NCBI GenBank assembly: GCA_043821645.1
Contig: JBDRCO010000072.1
Location: 32,001 to 96,000 of the forward strand
Length of the DNA stretch: 64,000 bases
Direction: 5' to 3'
Source of the DNA: Pseudomonadota bacterium
Lineage (GTDB): Bacteria; Myxococcota; JACRCW01; JAFGSX01
Under the pieces are notes generated by a model that ran no database searches, was not told where the DNA came from, and saw only the letters and a program-made list of their open reading frames with translations. Position 1 is the stretch's first letter. Every line of letters begins with the position of its first letter. The position numbers and the translations under genes are program-made. Of the stretch, positions 1-8,709 are shown one piece after another.

Positions 1-3000
1 CGACGATGGCGGTGGGCAGGGACGTGGGTAACCCCTGGATGGTCCCGGGGAGCAGGTGGGACAGCGCTGCGAGAGCAGAACGTCGGACATAGGACGACGT
101 CACGGGCGCCGGGAAGATCAGGCGCTGCACCGTGGCCACGCCCGCCCGGCCGAACAGGTCGTGAAACACACGACGGTGCGCCTCGATGCGCTCTGCCACC
201 TGAGGCGCGGTGGGCAGCTGGTCCAGGGCCTGCACCTCGTTGAGCGCGAAGGCCGAGGCCATGCGCTCATCGCCCGGGTCCATGCCCGCTGGCATGGGCT
301 GTCGCAGCACGAAACCGAGCACGTCGTCGGCCAGATCGTCGAGGGCAAAGGCCTCGGCACCCTCGAGCGCGATGCGGTCCGTCACCGGCGGTACCGCGAA
401 GGGCAGCTCCGTCCCCGGCACCTGGGTCCCGATCTGGGTGATCACGGAACTCACCGGGCATGCCGTGGTGGCGAGGTCGCCCAGCACCAGATCGCGCGGC
501 GTCTGGTCCCAGCCCACCGAGGCGTCACTCCGGGTTCCGAGGTCCGGGCTCCCTCCCTCGAGGGTGTTCATCCCTGCGTCATCCTCGGGCTCGACCACTC
601 CTGGCACCAGCAGACTGCTATCGCAGGCAGGGACCAGGCTCAGGCTTGCGGCCAGACCCACGACGGCACAGAGCACCAGTACACCGCGCTTGCGGCGCCG
701 CCAGGCCACGAGGACGCCCAGCAGACTGCCGACGATCAGCCAGCCTCGGGGCATACCCGCGGGCCCCGCGCTGCAGGTGCAGCCGAGGCGCAGCACACCC
801 TTGGCATCCGGGAGCCCGGCCTCGACGCCTGCGTCCACCAAGATGACGAGTCCACCTCCGTCGGGCACGCTGATGTCCACATCGACGCCGCCAGCATCCT
901 CGACCCCGGCGTCCTCCTCGGTCACGCAGACCGTGAAGCCCTGGGGATCCAGGTCCACGCTGTGATCGCAGTCATTGTCGAGGAGGTCACAGATCTCGGG
1001 CGCGCCCGGGTACACGGTGGGCTCGCTGTCGTCGCAATCACCGTCGCAGTTGGTGAAGCCGTCGGCGTCCGCATCGAAACAGGTGGCGCACATGTTGAAA
1101 GCGCCCAGCATCGCGTCGACGTAGCCGTCGCAGTTGTTGTCGATGCGATCGCAGGCTTCGCGTGCGTGGGGGTTGATGGTGTTGTCGGCATCGTTGCAGT
1201 CCCCGCAGTTGGGGCTGAAGCCATCGTTATCCAGGTCCTCCTCGCCCTCATCCACCTGGCCATCGCAATCGTCGTCGATGCCGTTACGGGGAACCTCGAG
1301 CCGGTCCGGGTTCACATCCGGATCGGTATCATCACAGTCACCCAGACAGGACACCCAGCGGTCGCCGTCTTCGTCGAAGCCCTCGTCTGCCGGTCCGTCG
1401 CAGTTATTGTCCTGGCCGTCGCAGATCTCGGGCGCCGCCTCGATCGTGCCAAAGGCGCCATGAACCGCGGCATTGTGGTCGTTGCAATCACCCTGGCAGG
1501 TGGTCACGCCATCGCCATCGATGTCGGTGTCCTCGTCGATGAGGCCATTGCAGTCGTTGTCGATGTTGTCGCCACAGACCTCGCGTCGCAGAGGACTTCG
1601 CAGCGGGTCCGTGTCGTCGCAATCTCCGGCGCAGACCGTGGCATGGTCACCGTCGGCGTCGAAGCCCTCGTCGACGGTCCCGTCGCAGTTGTTGTCAAAA
1701 CCGTCGCAGACCTCCGCGTGACCAGGGTTGATCTCGGCGAAGCGGTCATCGCAGTCGCCCTGGCCTATGGTGTAGCCGTCGCGATCCTCGTCCACGTCCT
1801 CGTCGATGGCTCCGTCGCAGTCATCGTCGATGCCGTTGTTCCAGATCTCGGCGAAGCCCGGACCCACCCGGGAGTCGCGGTCATTGCAGTCGCCGTCGCA
1901 GTTGCGGTAGCCGTCCTGATCCAGATCGTGGCAGGCGCCTCCCTCGCAGGCCCCCGCCTCGTCCACGACGCCGTCGCAGTTGTTGTCCTGGCAGTCGCAG
2001 ATCTCCACGGCACCGGGGCGATTGTGAGGATCGCCGTCCTGGCAGTCGCACTGATCCGGGGGCAAGAAGGGACAGGCGCCGCAGTCCCGGTAGCCGTCGC
2101 GGTCCAGGTCGAAGTCCTCGTCGGTGTCGCCATCGCAGTCGTTGTCCTCATCGTCGCAGGCCTCGACGTCGGGTAACACCTGTCCCACACAATCGCCCAC
2201 CGCAACGCCACCGCGGCACTCGGCCAGACCTGCCACACACAGGCCCACGCCGAGCGTGCTGCGAGGGCCGGTGTAGCAGGAGGTCTCGACACCATCGATG
2301 TCGCCGTCGCAGTCGTTGTCCTTGCCGTCGCAGATCTCGAGGTTGCCGGCGTAGATCTCGGGGTCGGTGTCATTGCAGTCACCGCCACAGGTGGTCACGC
2401 CGTCACCATCCAGATCGTGTCCCTCGTCGACCACGCCGTCGCAGTCATTGTCATAGCCATCGCAGTCATCGACGGCGATCGGGGTCACCTCGTCGCTGCA
2501 GATCGCCGAGAAGCTGCCCCCCTCGCAGCGATTCGCACCGCCCTGGCACAGGCCCACCCCCTCGGTCTCCGGGGGCTGGCCGGTGTAGCAGGCGCGGGTC
2601 AGCACGCCACCCAGACCATCGTCGTCGGGGGTCCCGTTGCAGTCGTTGTCAGCGCCGTCACAGATCTCGGTACCCCCTGGCTTGACGTCGATGCGTGTGT
2701 CATCGCAGTCGCAGGACATGGCATTGAGAAAGGCGCACAGGGCACAGGAGCGCGCGCCGTCGCCATCCGCGTCAAAGGTCCCCTCGTCGATGGTGCCGTC
2801 GCAGTCGTTGTCCTTGTTGTCGCACAGGGTCTCGTCCTGCGCCGGGTCGTGCGCGGGCAGCACCAGCGCGCCGCCGCAGGCGGACCAGCTGCCTCCGGCC
2901 TGGCAGCTCTGGGTGCCGCTGTGGCAGAGACCGCGGGGCGCGCAGCTGGCGGCATGCCCCGGGCAGTTCCCGGTGTAGGTCGCCGCGGTGACGTTGGTGC

Positions 3001-5506
3001 CTTCGAAGCACACGCGGTCCGCCACGCCGGCGTTGGGTGAACCATCGCAATTGCGATCCACAGCGTCGCAGGTCTCGGTGGCGCCAGGCTTGATGGTCGC
3101 GTCGGCATCGTTGCAGTCGCAGGCCGGCGCCGCGGGAGCACTGCAGGTCCCGCACGCGCGCACGGTGTCGTTGTCGGCATCGATGATCAGTCCATCGTCG
3201 GGGGTTCCGTCGCAGTCCTCATCCTGACCATTGCAGGTGACCTCGGGATCGGCCGGAAGGCCGACCGGGACCACCTCGCCCGCGCAGGCACCCCAGTTGG
3301 CAGGATCGCTGACGTTGGTGTTGATGGCCTGACAGGTCTGGGTGCCGCCGTGACACAGCCCGATGCCGTTGGTTCCCCCGGGTCCCGTGTAGCAGGTCCG
3401 GCTGAGGTTTTCGTCGACGCTGTTGTCGCAGTCGTTGTCCAGGGTATCGCAGGCCTCGACCCTGGCAGGACGGTTGCACCAGGCGCCGTACTGCACGTTG
3501 CTGTTGTCGTTGCACTCCGTCGCCGCGCAGGCCGGGACCTGATCGCCATCGGCGTCGGCGAAGCCATTCCAGGGTGCGCCATCGCAGTCCTGATCCACGC
3601 AGTCGCACAGCTCGGGTGCTCCGGGATAGATCGCGTTGTTGTTGTCGTTGCAGTCGCAGGGCGTGACCGTGCACCCCGTGCAGCTCAGGAAACCATCGCC
3701 ATCCACGTCGAAGGTCTCGTCGATGAGCGTGTCGCAGTCATTGTCCTGGCCATCGCAGATCTCGGGATTGCCCGGGAAGTTGTCGGGATCCGAATCATCG
3801 CAGTCGCAGTTGGCCGCGCCCAGGTAGGTCGTGCAGCCGTCGCCAGCAGCCACGTCGCAGCGCCCGACCCCGTCGCCATCGAGATCGAAGCCCTCGTTGT
3901 TGGTGCCGTCGCAATCGTTGTCCGTGGCGTCACAGACCTCGATGCTGTCCCCGGTGGAGTCCGAACATTGCTGCAGGCCGGTGACACACGCGTAGGTGCC
4001 CTCGCGACACTGATCGCTGTCCGGACCGTCGCAGGGCTGGTTGTACCAGGTCTCGCCGCTGCCATCTGCCGAGGCGGGATTGCAGTCATCGTTGGTGTTG
4101 TTGTTGCACAGGTCCACGACGTGGATGCTCTCGTTGCACTGCACACCGCTGCCATTGGAGCGGCAGCCCCAGGTGCCGTTGACGCACAGATCGGCGTCCG
4201 TGCCGTCACAGGGCTGGGTCAGCTCGGGCCAGTCCTCGTTGTTGGTGCCGTCGCAGTCGTTGTCCACCGCATCGCAGCGCTCGACCGTGTTGCTCGTGTT
4301 GTCGCTGCACCCCTGGCCCCACACGCTGCTCCCGAGATCCACGCACACGGCCGTTCCCTCGGCGCACAGATCTGTGTCCGGTCCGTCGCAGGCCACACCG
4401 AACCAGGCCTCGACGCTGCCATCGGCCGTGGCCGGGTTGCAGTCGTCGTCCACGCCGTTGCAGACATCGGGATCGGCATCGTTGGGATCCGAGCAGGCCT
4501 GGCTGCCGGCGCTGCAGGAGTAGGTGCCTTCGGGGCAGAGGTCGGCATCGGTGCCGTCGCAGGGCTGGTTGTACCAGGCCTCGGCGGACCCATCGGCGGT
4601 GGCCGGATTGCAGTCCTCGTCCTGGCCATTGCAGCGATCGACGAAGCTCAGGCTCTCGTTGCAGCGCGTGCCCGTGCCATTGGCCAGACAGACCACGGTG
4701 CCATTACTGCACAGATCGCTGTCCGTGCCATCGCAGCTGCTCCCCAGGCTGGGCCAGTCCTCGTTGTTGCTGCCGTCGCAGTCATTGTCGATGGCGTCAC
4801 ACAGCTCGACGCTGTTGCCCGTGGTGTCGCTGCAGGTCTGAGCGGACCCGGTACATTGAAAGACCCCCTCGGCGCACAGATCGGTGTCCGGGCCATCACA
4901 GGCCTGGCCGTACCAGGCCTCGGCCGAACCATTCGCGGTCGCGGGATTGCAGTCGTCGTCGATGGCGTTGCACAGGTCAGGGTCCGCGTCGTTGGGATCG
5001 GAGCAGGTCTGGACACCACCCGAGCACGCGTAGGTGCCCTCGTTGCAGAGGTCGGCATCGGTGCCATCGCAGGGTTGATTGAGCCAGGCCTCCCCCGAAC
5101 CGTCGGGTGTCGCCGGGTCACAGTCGTCATTGAGGCCGTTACACAGGTCCGGATCGGCGTCGTTGGGATCGTCGCAGACCTTCAGGGCGCCCGTGCACTG
5201 GAACAGACCTTCGGGGCAGATATCGGTGTCTGTGCCATCACAGGACTGGTGATACCAGCTCTCGGCGCTGCCGTCGGCGGTGGCAGGACTGCAGTCATTG
5301 TCCTTTCCATCGCAGATCTCGGGCCGGGCGCCGCCGACGCACGAGGCGCCTCGCACCGTGTTATCCGAGTCGTCGCAATCTCCCTGCAGGCAGCTGCAAC
5401 CGTCACCATCGCCGTCGGTGTCATTGCACTGCGCCCGCGCTGTGGTCGGCACCAGCAGCATCACACCGGCGAGCAAGGCCAGGCTCAGAAATTGTAGTGT
5501 GCGCAT
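1..5506 (-). CDS. Giant secreted Cys/Asp-rich repeat protein (MopE-like 'putative metal-binding motif' repeats) with an internal MYXO-CTERM-like motif and a second lipoprotein-type signal; 3' end runs off the window
   Basis: ATG at 5506 overlaps the upstream stop (TGATG). Translates MRTLQFLSLALLAGVMLLVPTTARA|QCND (Sec signal). About 27 E-x-C-D-x2-D-N-D-C-D units counted by eye. Bases 1020 to 2 were translated by hand with no stop. The + strand shadow ORFs 56-2176, 2417-3040 and 3350-5497 all lie in the antisense frame of this ORF. Confidence 0.9.
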   Translation of the reverse strand, partial: MRTLQFLSLALLAGVMLLVPTTARAQCNDTDGDGDGCSCLQGDCDDSDNTVRGASCVGGARPEICDGKDNDCSPATADGSAESWYHQSCDGTDTDICPEGLFQCTGALKVCDDPNDADPDLCNGLNDDCDPATPDGSGEAWLNQPCDGTDADLCNEGTYACSGGVQTCSDPNDADPDLCNAIDDDCNPATANGSAEAWYGQACDGPDTDLCAEGVFQCTGSAQTCSDTTGNSVELCDAIDNDCDGSNNEDWPSLGSSCDGTDSDLCSNGTVVCLANGTGTRCNESLSFVDRCNGQDEDCNPATADGSAEAWYNQPCDGTDADLCPEGTYSCSAGSQACSDPNDADPDVCNGVDDDCNPATADGSVEAWFGVACDGPDTDLCAEGTAVCVDLGSSVWGQGCSDNTSNTVERCDAVDNDCDGTNNEDWPELTQPCDGTDADLCVNGTWGCRSNGSGVQCNESIHVVDLCNNNTNDDCNPASADGSGETWYNQPCDGPDSDQCREGTYACVTGLQQCSDSTGDSIEVCDATDNDCDGTNNEGFDLDGDGVGRCDVAAGDGCTTYLGAANCDCDDSDPDNFPGNPEICDGQDNDCDTLIDETFDVDGDGFLSCTGCTVTPCDCNDNNNAIYPGAPELCDCVDQDCDGAPWNGFADADGDQVPACAATECNDNSNVQYGAWCNRPARVEACDTLDNDCDNSVDENLSRTCYTGPGGTNGIGLCHGGTQTCQAINTNVSDPANWGACAGEVVPVGLPADPEVTCNGQDEDCDGTPDDGLIIDADNDTVRACGTCSAPAAPACDCNDADATIKPGATETCDAVDRNCDGSPNAGVADRVCFEGTNVTAATYTGNCPGHAASCAPRGLCHSGTQSCQAGGSWSACGGALVLPAHDPAQDETLCDNKDNDCDGTIDEGTFDADGDGARSCALCAFLNAMSCDCDDTRIDVKPGGTEICDGADNDCNGTPDDDGLGGVLTRACYTGQPPETEGVGLCQGGANRCEGGSFSAICSDEVTPIAVDDCDGYDNDCDGVVDEGHDLDGDGVTTCGGDCNDTDPEIYAGNLEICDGKDNDCDGDIDGVETSCYTGPRSTLGVGLCVAGLAECRGGVAVGDCVGQVLPDVEACDDEDNDCDGDTDEDFDLDRDGYRDCGACPFLPPDQCDCQDGDPHNRPGAVEICDCQDNNCDGVVDEAGACEGGACHDLDQDGYRNCDGDCNDRDSRVGPGFAEIWNNGIDDDCDGAIDEDVDEDRDGYTIGQGDCDDRFAEINPGHAEVCDGFDNNCDGTVDEGFDADGDHATVCAGDCDDTDPLRSPLRREVCGDNIDNDCNGLIDEDTDIDGDGVTTCQGDCNDHNAAVHGAFGTIEAAPEICDGQDNNCDGPADEGFDEDGDRWVSCLGDCDDTDPDVNPDRLEVPRNGIDDDCDGQVDEGEEDLDNDGFSPNCGDCNDADNTINPHAREACDRIDNNCDGYVDAMLGAFNMCATCFDADADGFTNCDGDCDDSEPTVYPGAPEICDLLDNDCDHSVDLDPQGFTVCVTEEDAGVEDAGGVDVDISVPDGGGLVILVDAGVEAGLPDAKGVLRLGCTCSAGPAGMPRGWLIVGSLLGVLVAWRRRKRGVLVLCAVVGLAASLSLVPACDSSLLVPGVVEPEDDAGMNTLEGGSPDLGTRSDASVGWDQTPRDLVLGDLATTACPVSSVITQIGTQVPGTELPFAVPPVTDRIALEGAEAFALDDLADDVLGFVLRQPMPAGMDPGDERMASAFALNEVQALDQLPTAPQVAERIEAHRRVFHDLFGRAGVATVQRLIFPAPVTSSYVRRSALAALSHLLPGTIQGLPTSLPTAIV
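960..5400 (-). repeat. Tandem coding repeats: about 171-nt (57-aa) period at about 3900-5300 and about 135-160-nt period at about 960-2150
   Basis: The motif gcagtc(g/a)ttgtc or a variant recurs on the + strand near 3911, 4082, 4253, 4439, 4610, 4778, 4949, 5120 and 5291, and near 970, 1130, 1265, 1400, 1550, 1685, 1817, 1976 and 2135. Confidence 0.85.
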
Positions 5507-6864
5507 CAGTAGTACCCTCCCACCTCGAAGCCGAGTGTGGTCAGCCGCTCGTCGAGGGAGAAGCGGCTGGACTGCCAGCCGCCGAAGCTCGCGGTGCGCA
5601 GGCCGGCCCGCGCGAAGAACAGGGGCGCCGCGTGCAGGACCAGCCACGCCTCCCCTTGCCAGGCGGGGCGCAGCATGATGCCGCCGCCCTGCCCCACGGG
5701 TTGGCGGGCCGCCAGCACTCCCTCGACGGTGAGGAGCGGTGGCCACAGAGGTTGCACCGCGCGAGCGTGCACTTCTGCAAACAGGTAGCGCGTGCTCGGC
5801 GCAGGCAGGCAACAACCAATCTCGCTACGCTGCCAGCCCCAGCCGCCGCCGAGACCGAGCCAGGGCGCGTACGCATGATGGAACAGCATGCGCCGGTAGC
5901 TGCCGCGCAGGGTCAGATCGTCGTCGTCGATTCGGACCTCACCGCCCTCGTAGCTGCCGCTGTAAAGACCCCGGCGATAGGAGGCATCCAGCACCAGGTC
6001 GGCGAGGGGCGAGCGATTGAGCGCGGGGATGAGGCGCAGTGGCAGAACCGACGCGCTCACGCTCCACCCGGGCAGGGCTCCCGATTCGATGGGGATGACC
6101 CTGCGCAGCTGGCTGCCACCGAGATCGACCTGGCGCGAGCCCACGGAGAAGCCCGTCGCCAGGAACAGCGCAGGCACCCGCTTGCGCGCTCGTTGCAGCG
6201 AGGCCAGAGCGTCAGCCTCCCGCTGTTCCTCCTCGAGGATCTCGTCACTCGGCGACACCACCGCGGCGCGACTGTCACCGCGGGCCGTGCGCTCCTGCCA
6301 GGGCTGCGATGAGGCCGGACTCACCTCGGCCACGCCCACGTCGATGGCGACAAGCGGGGGGTCTGCATGCTGCAAGAGCACGCGGGCTTTCTGGTCGATG
6401 AGGCTCGCGATGCGCTCGGCGTCCTTGTCCTCGATGCGGTCTGCCTTGATGCCGCGGATGGGGATACTCCGCGTGGCCTTCTGACCCAGGTTCGAGTACA
6501 CCAGAACCGTGAGTCCGCGCTTGGACGCGGACAGGATGATCGCGCGCTCGGCACCGACCGCCGCGGCCAGGCGCGCCACCCCGTCGGGCATCAGCAACTG
6601 GTTGGGCCACACCCTGGTGCGTTTCTGGGCTTCGACCACGTCGGCGTGGTCGACCACGCGCTCACCAAAGCGCGCGCGCAGCGCCTTGACCAGACGCGGA
6701 TGACTATCGAGGGCCTGCTCGCGAGCCACCCCAACCACCGGCGCGACCAGGATTCGTGGAGCTGGGGCCCCCTCGTCGGCCGCGTGGAGCGGCTGCGCCA
6801 GCAGGACAGCCAGCGCCATCCCCAGCAGGAGGCTGGTCCCGAACTCTCTCTCGACGCGGAGCAT
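5506..6864 (-). CDS. Exported protein with a probable C-terminal outer-membrane beta-barrel
   Basis: Signal peptide (LLLGMALAVLLAQPLHA). The C-terminal half has alternating beta-strand patterns and ends GFEVGGYY (aromatic beta-signal). Start re-chosen at ATG 6864. Confidence 0.65.
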   Translation of the reverse strand: MLRVEREFGTSLLLGMALAVLLAQPLHAADEGAPAPRILVAPVVGVAREQALDSHPRLVKALRARFGERVVDHADVVEAQKRTRVWPNQLLMPDGVARLAAAVGAERAIILSASKRGLTVLVYSNLGQKATRSIPIRGIKADRIEDKDAERIASLIDQKARVLLQHADPPLVAIDVGVAEVSPASSQPWQERTARGDSRAAVVSPSDEILEEEQREADALASLQRARKRVPALFLATGFSVGSRQVDLGGSQLRRVIPIESGALPGWSVSASVLPLRLIPALNRSPLADLVLDASYRRGLYSGSYEGGEVRIDDDDLTLRGSYRRMLFHHAYAPWLGLGGGWGWQRSEIGCCLPAPSTRYLFAEVHARAVQPLWPPLLTVEGVLAARQPVGQGGGIMLRPAWQGEAWLVLHAAPLFFARAGLRTASFGGWQSSRFSLDERLTTLGFEVGGYY

Positions 6865-6946
6865 GCAGCACCTCGCTGTCAGGTCGCACCCATTATACGT
6901 GACGGAGCGGGAGCCTGCACTCGAGCTTGCCGACCTGCCCGGCCCT

Positions 6947-8449
6947 TCAGAGAACAGCGACGCCACCATTCCCCCGCGCCAGACTCTGCAGGTCGACCCG
7001 GGTCAGGGGGCGCGACACCTGCAGCACCATGTCGCGAATCTGCTGCGCCTCACGCCGGATCTCGCGCCAGTGCTCGACGATCCCGGCGCCATCAAAGCCC
7101 GCGGAGAACAGCCGCTCAAAGATATCGCGCAGCGGAAGTGTGCCGTCCCCCAGGCTCAGGTGGCCGTCGCTGAGCCCATCATTGTCATGCAGCTGCAGGT
7201 GCACGATACGGCGCTGGGCCCGGTCCAGGAGCTGCAGCAATTCCTCGGTGTAGTCGAGACCGTTGCGGTGAAGATGGGCATAGCCAAGATCCAGCGCCAC
7301 CTGTGCCCCTGGGATCTGCTCCGCGGTCCGAGCCAGGCGTTCCGGCCCGACCTGCCGCCCGTAGTCGGGGCCATTGCCGATGGCGAGATCCACTCCGCTG
7401 TCCGCCGCGCGCGAGGCCAGCTCCTGCATCAGCGGCAGGTCATCCACGCACAGCGCTGGCACCACCAGCAGACAGGCTCCCACGTCGACCGCGAAGCGGA
7501 CCAGCTCCTGTCCCAGATCGCGGCCCGCGGTTCCAGCCAGGGAGACCAGCGGCGCCAACACACTCAGCTGCAGACCCATGCCGCTGGCCATGGAATGAAA
7601 ACGGGCGCGGGCGCGGGCGTCGATGTCCGAGGGCATGAAATTGTCGAAGAAGACCTCGAACGCGCTCAGGCCCTGTCGGGAGGTGTGCCGCAGCTCGTCC
7701 TCGACGAACAGGCCATTGAAGCGGCAGCTTTGCAAGCCCAGCCACAGGAAGCGGCGTTGCTGCATGACCACGCCCTGGCGTCGGCGCAGCAGGACGCCCA
7801 GAGCATGCGTCGCCTGGGGCAGCTCGGGGAGCAGGGTCACGGCCTCGCCCACGGCGTGGGTGGCATGCGCGTCGCTGCCAGCCAGGGCCAAGCCGTCGAT
7901 CTTCTGGCACCAGCGCGCGGCAAGGTCGTTGCGATTGTTCAGGTCGCGGCGCCCGTTGACCACCTCGACAGCGTCGATGAGGTTGGGTCCTCCGAAGGGC
8001 GCTCCGTGGTTGCGGTGCCTGAACGGATGGGCCGCAACCAGGATCCCCCCGCGCTCGACCACGAAGCGCCTCAGATCCCAGGGGTCGGCGCGCAGCAGGT
8101 CGATGCCATCGAGGGCGCTCGGATCCAGGCCCAGCACCAGCACGTCGTCCATGGTGCGCGGGATGCGGTACTCGAGCCCGAAATAGATCTTTGGTGCCCC
8201 GGGCAGGTGCTCGGCTGCAGCGCACGCCGCATCGAAGCCACGCCGCACGGTACTGGCCAGCTGCTGCTGGTCCATGGCCAGAACAGCGCTCTGCTGGCGC
8301 AGCTCGTCCGGCACGAACTGTGCGGTCACACACAGGCCTGCCAGACCATTGTGCGCCGCCGCCGCCACCATTTCCCCGGCCGTGGCCACCGCTTCCGGAG
8401 TGCACTCGGCGGTATGCACGTGCAGGTCAATGGCAAAGGGGCTCGACAT
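6947..8449 (-). CDS. PHP-domain protein fused to a xylose-isomerase-like (AP endonuclease 2) TIM barrel
   Basis: PHP motifs DLHVHT, AHPFR, EVVNG and GSDAH. C-terminal DLG..H, LHDNDGLSDGHL.LGDG and GIVE motifs. Start at ATG 8449 (MSSPFAID). Confidence 0.75.
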   Translation of the reverse strand: MSSPFAIDLHVHTAECTPEAVATAGEMVAAAAHNGLAGLCVTAQFVPDELRQQSAVLAMDQQQLASTVRRGFDAACAAAEHLPGAPKIYFGLEYRIPRTMDDVLVLGLDPSALDGIDLLRADPWDLRRFVVERGGILVAAHPFRHRNHGAPFGGPNLIDAVEVVNGRRDLNNRNDLAARWCQKIDGLALAGSDAHATHAVGEAVTLLPELPQATHALGVLLRRRQGVVMQQRRFLWLGLQSCRFNGLFVEDELRHTSRQGLSAFEVFFDNFMPSDIDARARARFHSMASGMGLQLSVLAPLVSLAGTAGRDLGQELVRFAVDVGACLLVVPALCVDDLPLMQELASRAADSGVDLAIGNGPDYGRQVGPERLARTAEQIPGAQVALDLGYAHLHRNGLDYTEELLQLLDRAQRRIVHLQLHDNDGLSDGHLSLGDGTLPLRDIFERLFSAGFDGAGIVEHWREIRREAQQIRDMVLQVSRPLTRVDLQSLARGNGGVAVL

Positions 8450-8709
8450 CCTGGGGCCTCGCTGGGGCCGGGATCGTGGCCGAGCCACGCCGGCGATGCA
8501 ACCGCCGCGTGCCCTTAAGACCGAGCGCGGAGCTGGGTGTGGAGGGATGGCCGCCGCTGGTGCTCGCCCCCCCCCGGCATCCCGTTGTCCGGATGGGCAC
8601 AAGAGGGGATTGCGCTTCCGCGAAGCCAGTCGTTGATTCCCCGGGTTCTGTTCGATATGGATGCGCCCCGCTTGAAAGATCCGCCACCCGTGGTGGCAAG
8701 GAGCGCTCG

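Noticed and set aside
960-5400. Regularly spaced nucleotide repeats suggesting a CRISPR array
   Set aside because: The repeats are degenerate at third codon positions, their periods are multiples of 3, they encode protein repeats, and there are no cas genes.
56-5497. Long + strand ORFs (56-2176, 2417-3040, 3350-5497) rich in V/A/I
   Set aside because: They are antisense shadows, all in the frame complementary to the real minus-strand Cys-rich gene.
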